A DNA stretch of 64,000 nucleotides from Candidatus Magasanikiibacteriota bacterium. GTDB taxonomy: Bacteria; Patescibacteriota; Patescibacteriia; Magasanikbacterales; GWA2-37-8. Shown here in pieces: positions 58,115-64,000 of this stretch. The stretch is from positions 13,728 to 77,727 of the forward strand of contig JAUSEN010000015.1 of assembly GCA_030650025.1 (NCBI GenBank). The letters are read 5' to 3'. The translations under genes were made by a program, and so were the position numbers. Under the pieces are notes generated by a model, which ran no database searches, had not been told where the DNA came from, and was given only the letters and a program-made list of their open reading frames with translations. Every line of letters starts with the position of its first letter. Positions within the stretch are counted from its first letter, which is position 1.

Positions 58115-59644
58115 TTAAATGGATTTTTTAAATTGCTCAATCGCGTCTTGCAAATCTTTGGCCACTGACTCGTCCCAAATACCAGAAGCGATTTTAGTTA
58201 ACAGCCCGCTCTGGCTCTGGTTTAAATAAGCCTGCAATTTATCCTCCCAATCTCTGATATTTTTTACGTCCACGTTATTAGCCAAACCATTCGTAATCGC
58301 GTAAATAATCGCCACTTGGTTAGCTACTGGCATCGGCTGATACTGCGGTTGTTTTAGAACTTCTACCAAACGCTGGCCCAAATCAATTTGTTTCTTGGTC
58401 TCCGGGTCAAGATCACTAGAAAATTGGGCGAAAGCTTCGAGCTCACGAAATTGCGCTAACTGTAATTTGATTTTTCCGGCCACTTTTTTCATGGGTTTAA
58501 TTTGGGCGTTAGAGCCGACCCGCGAAACCGAAATGCCCACGTTCACCGCCGGGCGAATACCGCGGTAAAATAAATCTGCTTCCAAAAATATCTGCCCATC
58601 GGTAATGGAAATTACGTTAGTTGGAATATAAGCCGTTACGTCTCCAGCTTGCGTCTCAATAATGGGCAGAGCCGTAATTGAGCCTCCCCCGGCTTCTTTA
58701 TTCCGCCGGCAGGCGCGCTCTAATAATCGTGAGTGTAGGTAAAAAACGTCTCCCGGGTAAGCTTCGCGGCCCGGCGGACGACGGAGCAAGAGCGACACTT
58801 CGCGGTAAGCCCAAGCCTGCTTGCTTAAATCATCATAAATCACCAGGACATCTTTGCCCTGGTCCATAAAATATTCAGCGATAGAAACACCGGCGTAAGG
58901 CGCGATAAACAAGAGCGCGGCCGAGTCCGAAGCGCCTGCGGAAACTACGACTGTGTAGTCCATCGCTCCGGCTTCTTTTAATTTAGCAACCAAACGGGCA
59001 ACTTTGGATTCTTTTTGGCCAATCGCTACATACACGCAAATCATATTCTGATCCTTCTGATTGATGATAGTGTCGATGGCGAGAGACGTTTTACCAGTTT
59101 GCCTGTCGCCAATAATAAGCTCGCGCTGGCCGCGCCCGATTGGAATCATAGCATCGATTGCTTTGATTCCGGTTTGCACCGGCTCCGAGACTGGCTCGCG
59201 AGTCATAACCCCGGGAGCGATTCTTTCAATCGGGTAAAACTTCTTAGTGGTAAAAGCGCGGCCGCCATCAATTGGGCTACCGAGCGGGTTCACTACCCGG
59301 CCAATCAATTCTTCGCCGACCGGCACGGACAGAATGCGACCGGTGCGCTTGGCAGTATCGCCCTCTTTAATATGTTTAAATTCGCCCAAAATTACCACCC
59401 CCACGGTTTCTTCTTCTAAATTTAAGGCTACTCCGTAAGTGACCTGACTGGCCCCGTCATTCGACGGGGTTTTCATTTCACTCAAAAATTCAATCATCTC
59501 GTTAGCTTGGCATTTAGTTAAGCCACTCAATCGAGCGATGCCATCCCCAATCTCTTCCACTTTCCCGATTTCGGCGACGGCTACTTGCTGTTCAAAATCA
59601 GCAATGTGTTTTTTTAACTCGGCAATAATCGAATTAGTAGACAT
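58115..59644 (-). CDS. atpA: ATP synthase alpha subunit
   Basis: [35 protein letters not shown]. Confidence 0.98.
   Translation of the reverse strand: MSTNSIIAELKKHIADFEQQVAVAEIGKVEEIGDGIARLSGLTKCQANEMIEFLSEMKTPSNDGASQVTYGVALNLEEETVGVVILGEFKHIKEGDTAKRTGRILSVPVGEELIGRVVNPLGSPIDGGRAFTTKKFYPIERIAPGVMTREPVSEPVQTGIKAIDAMIPIGRGQRELIIGDRQTGKTSLAIDTIINQKDQNMICVYVAIGQKESKVARLVAKLKEAGAMDYTVVVSAGASDSAALLFIAPYAGVSIAEYFMDQGKDVLVIYDDLSKQAWAYREVSLLLRRPPGREAYPGDVFYLHSRLLERACRRNKEAGGGSITALPIIETQAGDVTAYIPTNVISITDGQIFLEADLFYRGIRPAVNVGISVSRVGSNAQIKPMKKVAGKIKLQLAQFRELEAFAQFSSDLDPETKKQIDLGQRLVEVLKQPQYQPMPVANQVAIIYAITNGLANNVDVKNIRDWEDKLQAYLNQSQSGLLTKIASGIWDESVAKDLQDAIEQFKKSI
59451..59470. repeat. short palindrome GCCCCGTC-ATTC-GACGGGGT encoding an in-frame loop in AtpA
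   Basis: Perfect 7-bp stem; encodes TPSNDGA within an extension of the normally short EF..G..G.ALNL loop. Confidence 0.6.
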
Positions 59645-59650
59645 ATTGAT

Positions 59651-60040
59651 TTAATTTACAAGCTTAATTTTTAAATTTTTTAACTGCGTTTTTACGGTCG
59701 CGTCAAAAATCAAATCCCCGCTCGCCACCAAAAATCCTCCGAGTATCTCGGCGTTCACCAAAACTTTAGATTCAATTTTCTTGCCAAAAGCTTTGGTAAT
59801 ATTATGGAGCGCTTTCTCATCAAGCTCCCGAGCCGTGGTCACTGTAACCTCTTTAATTCCGGCTTGAGCCTTGCTGATGCGTTCAAACTGCTCCAAAATT
59901 TGCGGCGCTTTCTTTAGCAATCTTTTATTTGCCAAATAACCCACAAATTTTTTGGCGATGCCGGAGACCGCGCTCGCGGGCGCGGTGCTGATCACTTCAT
60001 AAAACGCCTGGGCTAATTTTTGTGGGCTATTAACGGCCAT
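59651..60040 (-). CDS. atpH: ATP synthase delta subunit (short form)
   Basis: V.TAREL, ILGGF, D..FDATVK.QL; position in operon. Confidence 0.85.
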   Translation of the reverse strand: MAVNSPQKLAQAFYEVISTAPASAVSGIAKKFVGYLANKRLLKKAPQILEQFERISKAQAGIKEVTVTTARELDEKALHNITKAFGKKIESKVLVNAEILGGFLVASGDLIFDATVKTQLKNLKIKLVN

Positions 60041-60042
60041 AA

Positions 60043-60606
60043 TTATTTGTTAACGTCAATCTTTTTAGCTAAATCACTAATCAAAACTTTGTCTTTTTCG
60101 CTGGTTAATTTTTCTTTAATAATTTTTTCGGTTATCATCGTAACTAATTCAACCGTCTGCAATTTTAATTCGGCCATCATACTGCTTCGCTCTTCAGCTA
60201 GGCCGCGCTTGGCCTGAAGAGCAAGAGCTTCAATTTCTGCTTTGGCTTTGGCGCGCACTTGGTTGGCTGCCACCACTGCTTCTCCGGTTGATTTTTCGAT
60301 AATTTTTGAGGCTTCGGCTTTGGCCTCATCAATTTTAGCTTGATATTTCTGTTCGCTGTGTCGCAAATTTTCGTCTATCTTCTTGGCATTCTCTAAACTG
60401 TCATCAATCAAATTCTGCCGTTCTGTCATTTTTTTAGTGAGCGGTTTCAAAATCAGCCACCAAATCACGGCCGCTATTATGGCAAAGTTAATAAATTGAG
60501 AAATAAGCATGCCCCCGTTAATTCCGAGGTCCCCGAGCACCCCACCAGAGGATTCGGCCGCCCCCGCCCCAATTTCGGACGCGTAGGCAATATCAATAAA
60601 GTTCAT
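60043..60606 (-). CDS. atpF: ATP synthase b subunit
   Basis: QFINF TM, KPL...ERQ..I, coiled coil. Confidence 0.9.
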   Translation of the reverse strand: MNFIDIAYASEIGAGAAESSGGVLGDLGINGGMLISQFINFAIIAAVIWWLILKPLTKKMTERQNLIDDSLENAKKIDENLRHSEQKYQAKIDEAKAEASKIIEKSTGEAVVAANQVRAKAKAEIEALALQAKRGLAEERSSMMAELKLQTVELVTMITEKIIKEKLTSEKDKVLISDLAKKIDVNK

Positions 60607-60642
60607 ATTTATTTTTGTAAAAATTTTCTAAATAATTTTGGC

Positions 60643-60671
60643 TAGAAGAAGAGCTGGAGACTCTTCTTCTA
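60643..60671. other. 11-bp hairpin between atpE and atpF (mRNA stabiliser or partial terminator)
   Basis: TAGAAGAAGAG-N7-CTCTTCTTCTA. Confidence 0.6.
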
Positions 60672-60677
60672 AACAAA

Positions 60678-60980
<303 letters not shown>

Positions 60981-61041
60981 TCAGGGCCTAACTCCAGAAT
61001 TAAGAATAAAAAAGAAATTATTTAAAACTTCTTTCTTGCCC

Positions 61042-61824
61042 CTAATGCTCGGCACCGTGCGGTTCACTGCTCGCGATCGTCATATAAACAATAGTTAACA
61101 TCGCGAACACACTGGCCTGAATAATGCCCACCAGTAATTCTAAAAGCATGAATGGCGTTGGCACTAAAACTGAAACTAAACTAAGCATCACCATCATCAA
61201 GACTTCACCCGCGAAAATATTGCCAAATAAACGTAGCGACAGCGATAAAACCTTGGCTAATTCACTGACAATCTCGAGTAACCCCACCGCGAATTCCACC
61301 AAAGCCGTCAAAACAGCAACCGGCCCCTTTTTTAAGCTCTTGATTACCGAACCGATTTGCACAAACTTATTAAGATGAGTAAAAATTCCCACACTTAAAA
61401 AACCAAACACATGCGAAGAGACCACGGCCACGAGCGCCATAGCTACTGTTAAGTTTAGATCCGTATTGGCCGGCCGAAGAATCGGTTCCCCCTGCCAAGT
61501 CAGGCTACCCGTACCAGGAATTAAACCCAGCCAGTTCGAAAATAATATAAAGAAAAATACCGACCCTACTATTGGCAAAAATTTAAGAGTGGTTTGCCGG
61601 CTTTGAGTGACTTGGTCAAAATATCCAAGCAAAATTTCTAAAAAATATTCGCACCAATTTTGCAATCTACCAGGGCGGAGAGCGGCTTTTTTAGAGATGA
61701 AGTACCCCAAAATTAAAAACCCTACCAGAGCCAGCCAAGTATTAATCATGGTATTAGAAACCGCCACGGGCCCAACGTGGAAGAGAGTTTCGGCGGCTAG
61801 TGGTGGAATGTGAGGCGCGGCCAT
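61042..61824 (-). CDS. atpB: ATP synthase a subunit
   Basis: NW.GL.P, SLSLRLFGNIFAGE, IQA.VF..L. Confidence 0.95.
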   Translation of the reverse strand: MAAPHIPPLAAETLFHVGPVAVSNTMINTWLALVGFLILGYFISKKAALRPGRLQNWCEYFLEILLGYFDQVTQSRQTTLKFLPIVGSVFFFILFSNWLGLIPGTGSLTWQGEPILRPANTDLNLTVAMALVAVVSSHVFGFLSVGIFTHLNKFVQIGSVIKSLKKGPVAVLTALVEFAVGLLEIVSELAKVLSLSLRLFGNIFAGEVLMMVMLSLVSVLVPTPFMLLELLVGIIQASVFAMLTIVYMTIASSEPHGAEH

Positions 61825-61842
61825 GCGGAAAGTTTAAAAAAA

Positions 61843-62139
61843 TTATTTTTTGCCAGCACTTTTACTATCAGACATTTTTTGATATTCCTGCCCGTATATT
61901 TTAGCCTTGCGATAAATTAATTTAGCCGAAAGTATCGCCGCCAGCACAAAGCCTATGATCAAATACCGTGGCTCGGTACCCTGCCGATTATCCAACCACT
62001 GCCCCAAAAGCGCCAATATTACAATCGGGACTGCAATCGAAGCGCCAAAGTCCCCTACAATCCGAAGCGCGAACATATAATACGCTCTGTCCCCTCCTGT
62101 TCGCGGCGGCAAGGAATTTTTTTGGCTTAAATCAGGCAT
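61843..62139 (-). CDS. AtpZ/AtpI family protein
   Basis: 2 TM with GQWLD motif, first gene of the atp operon. Confidence 0.8.
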   Translation of the reverse strand: MPDLSQKNSLPPRTGGDRAYYMFALRIVGDFGASIAVPIVILALLGQWLDNRQGTEPRYLIIGFVLAAILSAKLIYRKAKIYGQEYQKMSDSKSAGKK

Positions 62140-62153
62140 AAAACAACGCGCAT

Positions 62154-62182
62154 AGTATATCGGTTTTGCTCGATAAGGTCAA
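62154..62182 (-). promoter_or_regulatory. atp operon promoter TTGACC-17-TATACT
   Basis: Near-consensus sigma70 elements upstream of the atpZ-like gene. Confidence 0.7.
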
Positions 62183-62213
62183 GCATTTTTTTATTTAAAC
62201 TGTGAATAAACAT

Positions 62214-62414
62214 TTAATCAAATAATACGGCTTGGTATAAAGAAAAACCAGTAATTACTACCAACCCCAAAAACACCATTGTTGGTAGCCATCGCGAACG
62301 CTTCCTAAAACGATGCATTATATCGTCAATAAGCAAAAAAATAAAGAACCACAATCCGGCAAACTGGAAAAAAAATAATAAAAATATGCCCATTATTTCC
62401 AACAATCTAGTCAT
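62214..62414 (-). CDS. small 2-TM hypothetical protein
   Basis: 66-aa hydrophobic ORF overlapping the tatD stop. Confidence 0.5.
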   Translation of the reverse strand: MTRLLEIMGIFLLFFFQFAGLWFFIFLLIDDIMHRFRKRSRWLPTMVFLGLVVITGFSLYQAVLFD

Positions 62415-63345
62415 TTAACTTAATTTTATTGAATAAATATAGGGCATTTTGCGTAGTGGCCTTAACAACTTCATCATAAGAAACACCGCGAATCTCCGCA
62501 ATTTTTCTGGCGGTAAACTCTACCATCCACGGCTCGCCTCGCTTTCCGCGATGAGGCACGGGTGACAGATACGGGCAATCAGTCTCAAGCAAGATTCTCT
62601 CGAGCGGCATTTTCGCCACCACTTCTAGTAAATCTGCTTGCGCTTGTGGATTTTTTTTAAGCGGCGGAAAGGTGATCACGCCAGTAAAACCAATATAAAA
62701 CCCCATCGCTAAATACTTTTGCGCGTTTTCCCAATTGCTCGTATAGCAGTGAATCGTGCCGGTAAGCGGTGAGACCCCACCCTCGCCCTCCCCTTTGCGA
62801 AGGGGAGGGGAATCGTCGTCCCCCCTCCTTTGCAAAGGAGGGGGGAGGGGGAGGTCTCGCGTCGCATCTTGTAAAATTTCGATCAACTCCTCATGCGCCT
62901 CGCGGCAATGTATCACCATTGGTAAGTTTGTTTCTTTGGCAAGCCTAATATGCTCTAAAAAAACCTGCCTTTGCTTGGGTAGCATTTGCTCTTTACTTAG
63001 GCCCTCGGGAATTCGATAAAAATCCAAGCCGCATTCCCCTATCCCGATTACTTTCTCGCTCGCGCAAAGTTTTTTATAATATTCAAAATTAAATTCTTCT
63101 TCTCTTGATAAAAATGAAGTTTCTTCTTCATCCACAAACTTGCTAAACAAATGCTCGGGGTGGAGCCCAACGCTCGCAAAGACATTTTTAAAGCGCTCGG
63201 CCACTTCCACGGCCCTCTTACTAGTATCACTCTGGGTGCCGACCAAATTTATCACCACATTTTTGGATAAACTGCGTTTAATAACCTCGTCTGAATCAGC
63301 CTGATAGGCATTAAAATGCGCGTGGGCATGAGTGTCAAAAAGCAT
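62407..63345 (-). CDS. tatD: TatD family deoxyribonuclease
   Basis: DTHAH, GLHP, IGECGLD, IHCR, HC, LETDCPYL. Confidence 0.93.
   Translation of the reverse strand: MLFDTHAHAHFNAYQADSDEVIKRSLSKNVVINLVGTQSDTSKRAVEVAERFKNVFASVGLHPEHLFSKFVDEEETSFLSREEEFNFEYYKKLCASEKVIGIGECGLDFYRIPEGLSKEQMLPKQRQVFLEHIRLAKETNLPMVIHCREAHEELIEILQDATRDLPLPPPLQRRGDDDSPPLRKGEGEGGVSPLTGTIHCYTSNWENAQKYLAMGFYIGFTGVITFPPLKKNPQAQADLLEVVAKMPLERILLETDCPYLSPVPHRGKRGEPWMVEFTARKIAEIRGVSYDEVVKATTQNALYLFNKIKLND
62771..62858. repeat. 88-bp C/G-rich double-hairpin element inserted in frame in tatD
   Basis: GAGACC...GGTCTC outer stem; hairpins CCCTCCCCTT-TGCG-AAGGGGAGGG and CCCCCCTCCTTTGCAAAGGAGGGGGG. Confidence 0.85.
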
Positions 63346-63353
63346 AATTATTC

Positions 63354-63425
63354 TGTCATCTTGAGCGTAGCGAAAGATCTAAGCGAAACGCTTGCCTTAG
63401 ATTCTTCGCTCCGCTCAGAATGACA
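63354..63425. repeat. intergenic palindromic element TGTCAT...ATGACA (same family as 26052 and 49269)
   Basis: TGTCATCTTGAGCGTAGCGAAAGATCT ... AGATTCTTCGCTCCGCTCAGAATGACA. Confidence 0.85.
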
Positions 63426-63433
63426 ATTAAAAA

Positions 63434-63961
63434 TCAAGGCAAAACTTTATTAAAATTGTCACGGAGCATCTGTAATGCCTGAGGCACGAGCGGCCACAGC
63501 ACGGCCGCCACCCCCATAGTAAGAGGCGCGAGCGCAGAATTTGCCAAATAACCCATGAATCTAGGGCTAAGCGGATATATTTGCATAAAATTAAAGATTA
63601 TCCCTAAAACCAACACCCCCTCCAATAATCCAAAAACTAAACCCAAAATTTTATTCAATCCATTTAAAAAAGGTAAACGCGTCACTACGGAAAGCAACCG
63701 ATCCACCACCCAAAACAACAGCCCCACCAAGCGGTTTATAATTATAAACGCCAATATAAACATTATGACTTTAGGAAAATTTCCGGCCCAACCAGTAATG
63801 CCAGTAAGCCAATTGGCCAGCGGCTCATAAAAGCGGCTCGCCAAGAAAACCCCCAGCACCGTCCCCACCAATGAACCAAGCGTATGAATTAAACCAAACC
63901 ACAGGCCAAACAACCCAAACCCACCAATAATTATAGCCAAAATTAAGTCAAAAAAAGACAT
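63434..63961 (-). CDS. cvpA: CvpA family (colicin V production) membrane protein
   Basis: D.I..II...G...G..G, LN..LG..FG.L.G pattern, multi-TM. Confidence 0.8.
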   Translation of the reverse strand: MSFFDLILAIIIGGFGLFGLWFGLIHTLGSLVGTVLGVFLASRFYEPLANWLTGITGWAGNFPKVIMFILAFIIINRLVGLLFWVVDRLLSVVTRLPFLNGLNKILGLVFGLLEGVLVLGIIFNFMQIYPLSPRFMGYLANSALAPLTMGVAAVLWPLVPQALQMLRDNFNKVLP

Positions 63962-64000
63962 ATGATTTATTCGAAATCATGCCGCGCGACGTCCATTGAA

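Overview
Core-chromosome window of a small-genome bacterium. Gene content, GAGC lipobox, near-absence of Shine-Dalgarno motifs and a degenerate PriA suggest Patescibacteria/CPR (Parcubacteria-ABY1-like); this is inference, not a database result. It carries peptidoglycan and division genes (murE, murF, ddl, alr, ftsEX, envC-like, mreBCD-mrdA, ftsQ-like), a small glycan cluster, fmt-def-priA, clpB with a CIRCE element, gltX/serS/lysS, a Xer recombinase, a UvrD-nuclease, the F0F1 ATP synthase operon and four tRNAs (Lys, Gly, Thr, Gln). No prophage, CRISPR or intact IS was seen. Most notable observations: (1) two B-vitamin operons (ribA-ribD, pdxS-pdxT) start exactly one base after the discriminator of a CCA-less tRNA (N73-C-ATGAAAAA), suggesting tRNA-punctuated leaderless mRNAs; (2) several families of short palindromic elements sit in frame inside housekeeping proteins (WecB fusion, UvrD, TatD, AtpA, perhaps FtsQ) and also between genes; (3) an 11-6-11 dif-like palindrome lies in the 5' UTR of the xer gene; (4) LysRS-HD and RibL-Nudix fusions are adjacent; (5) a decayed toxin-antitoxin cassette is bracketed by a duplicated gltX 5' end; (6) a P-type ATPase and an orphan ORF interrupt the atp operon.
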